A stretch of 56,940 nt of DNA from a virus (taxonomy: Duplodnaviria > Caudoviricetes). This document shows positions 19,457 to 28,049 of the stretch, one piece after another. The position numbers and the translations under genes were made by a program. The stretch lies in IMG/VR virus record IMGVR_UViG_3300048590_001377, positions 1 through 56,940 of that record; one strand, written 5' to 3'. The first letter of the stretch is position 1. The number at the start of each line of letters is the position of its first letter. The notes below the pieces were generated by a model that saw only the letters and a list, made by a program, of their open reading frames with translations, was not told the DNA's origin and did no database searches.

Positions 19457-22027
19457 TCAATACTCGTAGTTGTGGGATTCGGAGAAGCTGACACTGCTGC
19501 TATTGCTGCCACTGCCGCTGATGCTGGCCGATGCGTGGACCGCACTCATCGCGCCCGCAGCCATTTGCGCCGACATTCGACCCGCCTCCTGAATTGCTGT
19601 GAGAATCTGCTGCGATACGATCATCAACCGTTGCATGCGGGCGTCGAACTGGCGATTCACGGTGTCGAAATAACCCAGGTTATTCCGTGCGTTGGCTTCA
19701 GCCACGCGCACCTTCAATTCTTCGCCCTGCGCCATGTAGCGCATCTGCTCGGCCATGTATCGCTGGTCAGCCTCGTATGAGGCTACGCGGGCCTTGAGCC
19801 GTTCAATTCTGGCGCGCAGCTTGGTTTCCTGTGCGGAAATGTCGGCCTGATACTTCCGTGCGGAGGCCTCGACAAGTCCGGCCTGCGTCTGGATGAACTT
19901 CATGCGAAGATCATCCTTGCTCGTGGTTGCCTGAACTTGTGCGGCAAACTGCCGTGCCTCGATCTCGCGGAACTGGACTTTCCCCAGCTCGACCTGCAAG
20001 TCTTGGGCGCGAGTGTCACGCTTGGCTTGAAGCTCACGGTCCCACGCTTCGAGTTGTAGCTTGCTGGTTTCCAGCATGCTGCGCTCGTGCTCTGACAGCA
20101 ACCTCGCGCCGTTCATTTTCTCACTGAACACGCTCGCCAGAACGCGCAATCTCTCAAGTTTCCCGAGGTAAAGTTTCAGATTCTGCTCATTGACCGTCCC
20201 CTTCAACCCTTCGGCATCGATCTTGGCTTTGATTTCGCCAAGATACTTGTTGAGGTTCAATTCGTTTATGTTGCCCTTCAACTTTTCCCGTTCAACGATG
20301 GCTTGGACTTCCCCAAGGAATAACTTGAGGTTTTGTTCGTTGACCGATGCCTTCAACCCTTCGGCATCGATCTTGGCTTTGATTTCGCCAAGATACCTGT
20401 TCAGATTTAGTTCGTTGACGGAGCCTTTCAACTTTTCGCGCTCGACGATGGCTTGCACTTCCCCGAGGAAAAGTTTGAGGTTTTGTTCATTGACCGTTGC
20501 TTTTAACCCTTCCACATCAATCTTGGCCTTGATCTGACCGAGGTATTTGTTGAGGTTCAGTTCGTTGACGGAGCCTTTCAGCTTTTCCCGCTCGACAATG
20601 GCTTGAACTTTTCCAAGGAACAGTTTGAGATTTTGTTCGTTGACTTGCCCTTTGGCCAACTCCAATTCCAGCACGCCGCGCCACTCTTCCAACTTGGCCG
20701 TTTGAACCTGCCACCGCGCCAGAAACAGATCACGCAGCGCGCCAATGCGGGCGATTGCAGTGGTGAACGCCAATGCACGCAGGTTGAACTGGTCCTTCAG
20801 GATGTCCACCTGCATCTTGGCAGCGGTCAACAACCGTGCCTCAACCGTGTTCCAGTGCTGGCTCCACATGGTTTCCGCCGCGATGCCCTGCGCCACGGCT
20901 GTCCGCAAGTTCTCTATTTGCCAGTCTGCCGCCTTGGCGAACACACTCCGGCTGTGATCGTTGGCCGCCAATGCAGCCTGTTCGCGCGCAGCATTGGCCT
21001 GCTCGATCAACATGCCCGGCGGCAAAAAGAAGCCGCGCCCAGCCCATTCCTCTGTCGCGGCATCCACCGCCCGGCGTGCAGTCGCGTCCTCACGATCTAC
21101 TGCTGCCGTCCACAGCGCATCCTGCACTGCCGCTGGCATCGCATAGCCACCATCAAGCATGGCCTTGATCGTGCCCGTCAACTCGTTAAGTGCCAGTGGC
21201 GTGTAGGTGCCGGCCGTCCATTGGGCCGATTGCAGGTCAGGAACATCGGCATCGAATGCCGGGACTTCCCCGTCATCAAACGGCGGCACGACAAGCGATG
21301 GACCCTCTGGCAGTGACAGCGAGATGAACGTGGGGCTTCCCGGCAAGTCATCGGCCGAAACAGACACAAACGTCGGCGCCGACGGCAGCCCATCGGCGGA
21401 TACCTGAATGAAGTTTGGGTGGGTCGGCAAATTACCTACCGAAACATCCACGAAGTCTGGAACCGACGGCAGCTCATCAGCGGATACCTGAATGAAATTT
21501 GGCGAGTCCGGCAAATCCAAGGATGGATCGATGAAGCCTGGCGCGTCAGGCAATCCACTCGCCGAGATCGTCTCAAAGGTTGGCTCGGAAGGTGCAGACT
21601 CGTCGAATGCCATCGGCACTTCCACGGCCGCTGGTTGGTAAATGTCTGGTGCTTCGCCAGCGTTAATCGCTTCCAGGTTGAACGTCGGAATCGGGCCAGT
21701 TGGCGTGAACTCCTGCGGCGCCTCCATTTCCAGTTCACTCAGTAGGGACAACAAAGACGAATCCCATACCGGCAGATCAATCTCTGGAATATCCTCCATG
21801 CTCTGTGGGGCTGGTGGGGATAGCTCCGGGAGCGGCGTGAATTGGACGCCGTTGACTTTCAGCGTCGGTGGAGCCTGTTCAGGCGCGGGTGCCCACGCCG
21901 CCATGCTTGCGATCGCGCCTTGCGTGCTGGCAGTCCAGCTTTCTGTCAACCCGGTAAGCCACTGAAACGTCGTATCGACGTGCCGGATCGCCTCGGGCAT
22001 TATGTATTTCGGTTCCTCGTATCCCAT
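19457..22027 (-). CDS. Virion structural/ejection protein with two internal tandem-repeat tracts, 856 aa
   Basis: Start re-called to MGYEEPKY (AAGGAG upstream); coiled-coil C-terminal half; located in the structural operon. Confidence 0.7.
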   Translation of the reverse strand: MGYEEPKYIMPEAIRHVDTTFQWLTGLTESWTASTQGAIASMAAWAPAPEQAPPTLKVNGVQFTPLPELSPPAPQSMEDIPEIDLPVWDSSLLSLLSELEMEAPQEFTPTGPIPTFNLEAINAGEAPDIYQPAAVEVPMAFDESAPSEPTFETISASGLPDAPGFIDPSLDLPDSPNFIQVSADELPSVPDFVDVSVGNLPTHPNFIQVSADGLPSAPTFVSVSADDLPGSPTFISLSLPEGPSLVVPPFDDGEVPAFDADVPDLQSAQWTAGTYTPLALNELTGTIKAMLDGGYAMPAAVQDALWTAAVDREDATARRAVDAATEEWAGRGFFLPPGMLIEQANAAREQAALAANDHSRSVFAKAADWQIENLRTAVAQGIAAETMWSQHWNTVEARLLTAAKMQVDILKDQFNLRALAFTTAIARIGALRDLFLARWQVQTAKLEEWRGVLELELAKGQVNEQNLKLFLGKVQAIVEREKLKGSVNELNLNKYLGQIKAKIDVEGLKATVNEQNLKLFLGEVQAIVEREKLKGSVNELNLNRYLGEIKAKIDAEGLKASVNEQNLKLFLGEVQAIVEREKLKGNINELNLNKYLGEIKAKIDAEGLKGTVNEQNLKLYLGKLERLRVLASVFSEKMNGARLLSEHERSMLETSKLQLEAWDRELQAKRDTRAQDLQVELGKVQFREIEARQFAAQVQATTSKDDLRMKFIQTQAGLVEASARKYQADISAQETKLRARIERLKARVASYEADQRYMAEQMRYMAQGEELKVRVAEANARNNLGYFDTVNRQFDARMQRLMIVSQQILTAIQEAGRMSAQMAAGAMSAVHASASISGSGSNSSSVSFSESHNYEY
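20150..20655 (-). repeat. Intragenic tandem repeat: alternating 25-aa A/B units, 150-bp period, about 3.3 copies
   Basis: cttcaacccttcggcatcgatcttggctttgatttcgccaagatac occurs at 20201 and 20351. Protein units are VNEQNLKLFLG.. and VNELNLNKYLG.. Confidence 0.9.
21308..21597 (-). repeat. Intragenic 14-aa (42-bp) repeat LPxxPxFxxVSxxx, about 6-7 copies
   Basis: LPDSPNFIQVSADE / LPSVPDFVDVSVGN / LPTHPNFIQVSADG / LPSAPTFVSVSADD; cggatacctgaatgaa occurs at 21397 and 21481. Confidence 0.85.
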
Positions 22028-22029
22028 GT

Positions 22030-23460
22030 TCACACTCTCCTTGAGCCAGCTTCGGCAAGTACCGAGAGCTGGTCGATAGTGAATGCCGCGCCGGACTGGT
22101 TGCCGACGGTGAATTGCAAATACCGCGCGCGCACGCCACGCCCAACCTTGCACCGAGTAGGAGCGAAATCGCCCGCATGGCGCGGCTCGAACGTGTAGGT
22201 GTAGAAGCTCGAAGCGCCCTGGATGACCGCATCCACGGTCAGTTGCAGCGCGCCATCGGTGGCCGCTCCCGCATATACCAGCGGCGCGGACTTCACCTGT
22301 TCTGCGCCGTAGTCTTGAAGGTCAGTCTGAATGTGCGCAAGAATCGGCTCACCAGCGTCATCCTGCGCATCGAGCCGCCACAGCCCCGTATCGTTCGCGC
22401 CCATCAGCACGCCATCCACAACGGCCAGCGAGTTGAACTCGAAGTTCGTGTAGCGGCTACAGCCCCATGTGTCGGTGTTCGCCGTCCATGCCGTGGCCCG
22501 CCCAACACGACCGGCGGTGTGTTCCGCGTTTGTCGGCAGTGCCGCAGGCAGAACATAGCGTTCATCCACAAACAATTCGTCGCCGACGACCGCCCTGGGC
22601 GCAAGGTGGGCTGAGTACACCTCGCCCACCGTGGCACCGTCTGCCAAGACCGTGCGCCCGATGTTGCGTTGAATGAAGGACTCAGCCACCCATGCCGAAT
22701 CGGCCAGCATGGCCACTGGATGCCCGAAGGGCGTGAACAGATCACCGGTTGCGGCCGTATCACCAATCGTGAAGCCCAAAGCGACTGACCAGGCGTCAGC
22801 CACGGTTGCGCTGTCCGCCAGAACATCCCTATGAACGTGCAGTAGGCGATCTTGCACCTGTACCGAGTCGCCCAGCGTTGCGGACGGGTGGCCGACTAGT
22901 GCATACGCCTCGTTGACCCCAAGGGGATCGACCAGCGCCAGCGTGCGCCCTAAGTGCCATCCCTCGACGACGGTCAGCGGCACCTCAACTACCAGACCAG
23001 TGCGCTCCTGAATGAGGTGCCCGGTTACGCGTAGCGACTCCGACAGCATCACCATCGGGTGTCGCACTGGGATCGCAGCGTCTGCCGCCAGCACACCATC
23101 GCCCAGCGTTGCGCTGGTGGTGATCGAGTAATCCTCACCTGCCGTCAGTGGGTCGGCCCATGCCGCACTGCGCGTGATGCTGAACCTGTCGGCCACGCGC
23201 GCCCAATCAGACAACACCTCATCCTGTTGCGCCAACAACAGGTACTGCTCACCCGTAGTCAGCGTGTCGCGCAGCCACTGCGTACGCGTGCCGTCGTATG
23301 CCTCGCCCACCGTCAGGGTGTCGCCGATGGCCTGCCCGCGCACGATGCCCACCAGCGCATCCAACGCGCGCACCTGATCGGACACTACGGCGGCACGGGC
23401 GACGATGTACACCTCGCTAAAGTACGCTGGGTCTTCGATTACCAAACACTGTTCAGCCAT
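22030..23460 (-). CDS. Putative tail/virion protein, 476 aa
   Basis: Beta-rich degenerate repeats (L.D...V.E); coupled to neighbouring genes. Confidence 0.65.
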   Translation of the reverse strand: MAEQCLVIEDPAYFSEVYIVARAAVVSDQVRALDALVGIVRGQAIGDTLTVGEAYDGTRTQWLRDTLTTGEQYLLLAQQDEVLSDWARVADRFSITRSAAWADPLTAGEDYSITTSATLGDGVLAADAAIPVRHPMVMLSESLRVTGHLIQERTGLVVEVPLTVVEGWHLGRTLALVDPLGVNEAYALVGHPSATLGDSVQVQDRLLHVHRDVLADSATVADAWSVALGFTIGDTAATGDLFTPFGHPVAMLADSAWVAESFIQRNIGRTVLADGATVGEVYSAHLAPRAVVGDELFVDERYVLPAALPTNAEHTAGRVGRATAWTANTDTWGCSRYTNFEFNSLAVVDGVLMGANDTGLWRLDAQDDAGEPILAHIQTDLQDYGAEQVKSAPLVYAGAATDGALQLTVDAVIQGASSFYTYTFEPRHAGDFAPTRCKVGRGVRARYLQFTVGNQSGAAFTIDQLSVLAEAGSRRV

Positions 23461-26173
23461 CCACCACCCCCACGAATGTCAATTCGCCCACCTTCATTTC
23501 CGGCCATTCCGGCCGACCCTTGATTTGGTTCGGGATGTCATTCATGTCCTTGGAGTACCGAATCACATCGCCCTCGCCGAGCACGTTGTGCGTCTCGTAG
23601 ATCGACATTTCCATGGGTGGATCAATCGATGGCGACGGCAACTCCCACGGCTCGAATCCATCATCGGACTCCGTGATCGGCTTCTCTTCGACCGTTCGGA
23701 TGGGGCCGTGCGACGAACTGGTCACCAGCCAAACGTCGTAAAACGCACGGTTTTCCTCAATGACCTCGGTGTCGGCCGGTAGTGGCGGCGCTGGGATTTC
23801 GTACGCCATGGGCGTGGCGTGCTCACAGCCGAACAGCCATGGACCTTCATCCGCCTCAGCGCAGTCGCCGGGGAAATACACTTTCCCGCTCTGCAGCCAC
23901 CACGAGTATTGGAGGTCGAATATCCAATACGGCACATCCGGGACAACCACCGTCCGAATCAGTGTCTTGCCGCAACCGGTCGGATGGTCTTGGAGTCGCT
24001 CCCAAACACCTGTCGCGCGGTCCTCATCGCCCTCGGACGGGCACATGGCGGTGGCGCTCCCGTGCGTGTTACACCACGCCAATCTGGGGTCATGGCTATC
24101 CACGTTGCACCGCGCTCGATTCCGCCAGTGCTGGTACGTGTACGGGTCCCATTGATAGGTGTGCCCGTGGTACACCGCATGTTCAAACCGCTCAGTCGAT
24201 TCGGCCTTGGCGTAGTAGTAACCCTCGCGCTCGCCGATGGGGATTGCGATCCCCGTGCGAATGCTTCGGCCCCACGTCGTCTTGACATCAGTGACCTGAT
24301 AGAACCGCTTGCGTCGTTTGACCGTGCCCGCATGCTGGAACCACCCCAGTCCATCTACCACTTGGCAAAGGTAATACCCGAGGTCTTCACTCTTGATGTT
24401 CGTGTGCCGTGAGAATCCTGCGATCTCCTCACGGTGATCCAGATCGTTGCTGTAGAACATCATCGGAATTTTCTTCTCTTCCGATTCCTCGTGTCTGTCC
24501 CACTCCCCGATGAACATGCACTGCTCGTAGTTGTCCTCGTTTCTGAACGGGATCGCTCTCCCATCCCAGAAGAACTTGACCCATTTCAGATCGTTGCCGG
24601 CAAAAAACACAAACATCGTTGTGTCGCACAGGCCAGGGTGCGGCATGTCCTCATCCCAGGCGCGCATGTCGTGCGACAGTAGATAATCCAAAGGGAGCGC
24701 CGGGCATTTCATGTTGTTGTTCCGCTGCACCCGCACCTTCGGCCAGCCGTACAAGAAGCCCTCACTCACCTTGCTGATGGACGCGCCACCTGTTGCCAAT
24801 GGCGAAACGGACGCCCCGCGAACTCTCTGGTAACAATCGACGGTGTATCTGGCGTCCGCCGCATGGCGCCGGTCTTGCTCACTGAGCAATCCACACTTCC
24901 ATCTGGCCGCGTCCAGATCATTCCCGTCAATGCCATCGACACCACGCAATGATTCGAGGCGCCCCGCCAACCCGTCCGCTGAGTCATATTCGCGGCATGG
25001 CCCAATGTGCATGGCGCACGCATAGTGCACCCCGCGCTGGTATCCGTCGTCCCCAAATCGCCATGCCGTGTTGTGCGCCTCGCTGCCGCGCAGGTTGAAT
25101 GCCCACCCCATGTCAATGGAATAGGCGCTGTGCTCGTAGTACGCCGCCATTGCGTCTGGCTCTAGCAACCGAAGCACCTTTCCCGCATCGATCCACGGAT
25201 CGACTGCCGATGGGAATGTCTCGCCTGTCGGAAACCCGCCAAACTCATCCAACAGCCGTAGCGCGTCCACATCGTTCTCTGATTCCAGCTTTTCCCGGAA
25301 CTCCGGCAACGTCGTGGCCGGGTGCAACGGAAGGCGCATCGCCACAATGCCGCGTGACTTGCTGATTTCAACCAGCCACCACGCACCATCCTCGGCGCGG
25401 GTCAGGCCATGTGTACGAACCCAGCGCCAGTCGTACTGCACCTGCAGCCCGTGCTCGCGTACATCCTGTGCGCGCATGGCGTCCTCGTCCGATACCGGCT
25501 CGATGCGCTCCCACAGGAAGTCTTTGTAGTCGTAAAGACTCACATCGCCCCGGCCAGTTCCGGGTTTCTTGCGCTGCCGTCCAAACCCCATCAACGCCTG
25601 CACGCACTTGCGCATCGTGCCGGAATACATCGTGGGCTTGAGCTTGGTGTACTGACTGAACGTGACGGTGCTGTTGGGGTCCGCATTCATCACCCCGCCC
25701 ATGCTGTTGTGCGGCTCCACCGCCAACCGCCGCACGTACGAATAGCCAGGCCTCAGCCAATTATCGTGGCCATCCTCTCGGTAGTACCGCCAGAAGCACC
25801 GATCCGTCGGCTTGAAGGTCGCCAGTTCGTCCGGCTGATTCGCAAGGTTCGGAAACTCCTTTCGGATATACCCGCCCCTCACCGCGCCGGACACAAAATC
25901 AGGTATCAGGTCGCGTGCAATTTCGCCGCCCTGTTCCACCGTGGCGGCGCCCGCCACGATATGCAGGATCGACATGCCGCCGCCCAAGGTGACGTAGCAA
26001 TACGCATCCTCGGCCAGTTCACGCGTGTACCGCATGATGTTCACGCCACCCGCCCGCTGCCGTTCTTGCGTGATCCTCAGCCACTGCATGGCAGCGGGCA
26101 GGTATTCCCTTGCCCGTTGCTCATCGCCGCTGTAGCGGATGCTGGTCGGCCCGTAGCGGACGCCCTCGCTCAT
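23453..26173 (-). CDS. Putative virion structural protein, 906 aa
   Basis: Long ORF coupled at both ends within the structural operon; no motif recognised. Confidence 0.7.
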   Translation of the reverse strand: MSEGVRYGPTSIRYSGDEQRAREYLPAAMQWLRITQERQRAGGVNIMRYTRELAEDAYCYVTLGGGMSILHIVAGAATVEQGGEIARDLIPDFVSGAVRGGYIRKEFPNLANQPDELATFKPTDRCFWRYYREDGHDNWLRPGYSYVRRLAVEPHNSMGGVMNADPNSTVTFSQYTKLKPTMYSGTMRKCVQALMGFGRQRKKPGTGRGDVSLYDYKDFLWERIEPVSDEDAMRAQDVREHGLQVQYDWRWVRTHGLTRAEDGAWWLVEISKSRGIVAMRLPLHPATTLPEFREKLESENDVDALRLLDEFGGFPTGETFPSAVDPWIDAGKVLRLLEPDAMAAYYEHSAYSIDMGWAFNLRGSEAHNTAWRFGDDGYQRGVHYACAMHIGPCREYDSADGLAGRLESLRGVDGIDGNDLDAARWKCGLLSEQDRRHAADARYTVDCYQRVRGASVSPLATGGASISKVSEGFLYGWPKVRVQRNNNMKCPALPLDYLLSHDMRAWDEDMPHPGLCDTTMFVFFAGNDLKWVKFFWDGRAIPFRNEDNYEQCMFIGEWDRHEESEEKKIPMMFYSNDLDHREEIAGFSRHTNIKSEDLGYYLCQVVDGLGWFQHAGTVKRRKRFYQVTDVKTTWGRSIRTGIAIPIGEREGYYYAKAESTERFEHAVYHGHTYQWDPYTYQHWRNRARCNVDSHDPRLAWCNTHGSATAMCPSEGDEDRATGVWERLQDHPTGCGKTLIRTVVVPDVPYWIFDLQYSWWLQSGKVYFPGDCAEADEGPWLFGCEHATPMAYEIPAPPLPADTEVIEENRAFYDVWLVTSSSHGPIRTVEEKPITESDDGFEPWELPSPSIDPPMEMSIYETHNVLGEGDVIRYSKDMNDIPNQIKGRPEWPEMKVGELTFVGVVDG

Positions 26174-26814
26174 CAGGTTGTCAGCGAAGTCTGGTAGCCC
26201 AGTTCAAACGTTTCACCGTTGAACAGTTCACGCTCAGCGTCAAAACGTGCGGCAGACCACAGCGTCCCGCTCGTGCCGCCGCGCGTGTCGCTGGACACGA
26301 TGAACGCGCCAGTCGCTGTGATACTGGTCGTTGCCACGATGTTGAACACCGCCTTGCTGGCGCTGCTGCTGATGACGTTCGCGGCCGGCGCCGAGGGTGT
26401 CCATGCCGGACGGGTCGCGTTCGAGAATCCCTCGGTCAGTGACGTGATCTCACTCATCGTCGCAGCCACGTTCGCGGCCGTCAGCGCGTTGGTCGGCGTT
26501 GCGGCACCGTTGAACATCGAGACATACCAATTGGCGATCTTGGTGTCGGTGTGAAACATCACGGCCAGCGCCTTCATGATGCCTTGGTCCACCACCAAGT
26601 TCCGATCGAACGCAAAATCACGCTCACGCTGTGGAACACGATGGAAGAACTGGCCGATCAGTCGTTTGTCATCAAACAGCACCACACCTTCCGGCGTCAC
26701 GGTGACGCCTTGGCCAGTCATCAGTGCATTGGCAATCTGGACTTCCCAGCGCCGCAACCAGTTGCGCAGCCCCTTGGTCGGGGTTTGGATCAGTGTTTCG
26801 AGCTTGGACAGCAT
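26173..26814 (-). CDS. Putative tail structural protein, 213 aa
   Basis: Start re-called to MLSKLET (AAGGAG upstream); Thr/Ser/Ala-rich beta-type sequence (NLVVDQG..., GTLWSAARF). Confidence 0.7.
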   Translation of the reverse strand: MLSKLETLIQTPTKGLRNWLRRWEVQIANALMTGQGVTVTPEGVVLFDDKRLIGQFFHRVPQRERDFAFDRNLVVDQGIMKALAVMFHTDTKIANWYVSMFNGAATPTNALTAANVAATMSEITSLTEGFSNATRPAWTPSAPAANVISSSASKAVFNIVATTSITATGAFIVSSDTRGGTSGTLWSAARFDAERELFNGETFELGYQTSLTT

Positions 26815-26834
26815 GAGTGTGTCTCCTTGGAGAT

Positions 26835-26862
26835 CGGCACTCATGCGCCTGGGTTCAGATTG
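26835..26862 (-). promoter_or_regulatory. Late-gene leader motif, copy 1 (hairpin GGCGC-AUGA-GUGCC preceded by CAATCTGAACCCA)
   Basis: 18-bp exact match to 35049-35066; the upstream part matches the capsid leader; stem ends 21 nt before the start codon. Confidence 0.7.
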
Positions 26863-26882
26863 AAAATCCCGTGGGGGATCGC

Positions 26883-28049
26883 CTACATGACGGCAGTCAA
26901 GACCCGTCGTTGATGGATGCACGTGGCGCCCGCCTCGTATTGAGGAAGCGCCAGCCTGGTTGATTGTGGGGCAATGACCTGCCCATCGCCAGTGCCAATG
27001 CAATATCCGGCGCGCGACAGCCACGTCACTGCGTCACCGGGAATATCCAGCCCCCGCTCATCAGGCCGAAGCGTCGCAACAGAGCGCGGAACGGGCGCAG
27101 CCGCGCCAGTCGATTCCTGCACCCAATCCTTTGGCTTGGCTCCGCGCAGGAACACCACCGTGGAGCGCAGCCCGACGAACAACCCACCCGAAACCGGCGC
27201 GATGAACGCGATGCGTTCGGCGAATTGGACGATGCCGTGCCTTGGCGAATGCAGCCCGTAGCGCAACGCCTCACCCACGATCAAGCGTTTGCCGCTCGCC
27301 ACCAACAAGCGACCGTTCCACGCCGCTACATGCTCGCCTGTCGGTAGCGGGCGCAGATTTCGCGTGCCAGCGTCGATCCCCAAGTCCGCGTTGCCCAACA
27401 CATAACCCGCCACACTGGCTGGCAAGTCGGCATGGCGGTACAGGGTCGCCCCTCCTGCCTGCGTGCGATACACCCGAAGGTGGGTGGCGCCTGTCGGAAG
27501 GTCCGCTGTCAACCCGATCCCGCCACCTGTATCTATAGTCACCGTGCGCAGGGGCGACAACGCGCCTTCTTCGCCATCGCGCATGGCCGCAACGGCGACT
27601 CCGTAACGACCGGCATGCAAGCCTCCCATTTCTACCGGCACCACCGTCGGCGCAGTCGCTACCGGAACAGCCACGGGGCGCACGGTATTGCCCTGAACAC
27701 GCAGGAGCGTTGTGCGGTTCGCCACCACCAACTCGTCGTTCAGCACCGCGTAGGTGCAGGGGTCGGCGCTATTGAGCGTGGTGATCGGCGTCAGGCCCGA
27801 CACGGACACGCGGCACAACTGGTCGCCAGCGACCGCGAAAGACCCCAGCGGGCATGACCACGCGCTATGCACACCGCCAGCCAGAACCTGCGATCGCCCG
27901 TGCCGACGCTGCGGTCGCCCATCGCGATTGATGTTGACGTTCGCGGCATCGGCCAGCGCCACAGGGATGCCGTCCTGATTGCGCCCCAGCGCGCCCCGGC
28001 CACTCAGGTTGTCAATGCCCAGCGGCCACGGCCCCAATTTCGTCGTCAT
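26883..28049 (-). CDS. Putative tail/head-closure (nozzle-like) protein, 388 aa
   Basis: N-terminal PLGIDN...ADAANVNINRDG pattern and beta-propeller-like composition; position in the tail module. Confidence 0.6.
   Translation of the reverse strand: MTTKLGPWPLGIDNLSGRGALGRNQDGIPVALADAANVNINRDGRPQRRHGRSQVLAGGVHSAWSCPLGSFAVAGDQLCRVSVSGLTPITTLNSADPCTYAVLNDELVVANRTTLLRVQGNTVRPVAVPVATAPTVVPVEMGGLHAGRYGVAVAAMRDGEEGALSPLRTVTIDTGGGIGLTADLPTGATHLRVYRTQAGGATLYRHADLPASVAGYVLGNADLGIDAGTRNLRPLPTGEHVAAWNGRLLVASGKRLIVGEALRYGLHSPRHGIVQFAERIAFIAPVSGGLFVGLRSTVVFLRGAKPKDWVQESTGAAAPVPRSVATLRPDERGLDIPGDAVTWLSRAGYCIGTGDGQVIAPQSTRLALPQYEAGATCIHQRRVLTAVM

Noticed and set aside
19540-19556. GGCGCGATGAGTGCG as a fifth leader hairpin
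   Set aside because: It has an extra base in the loop, lies within coding sequence about 95 nt from the next start, and is explained by the codons GAMSA.
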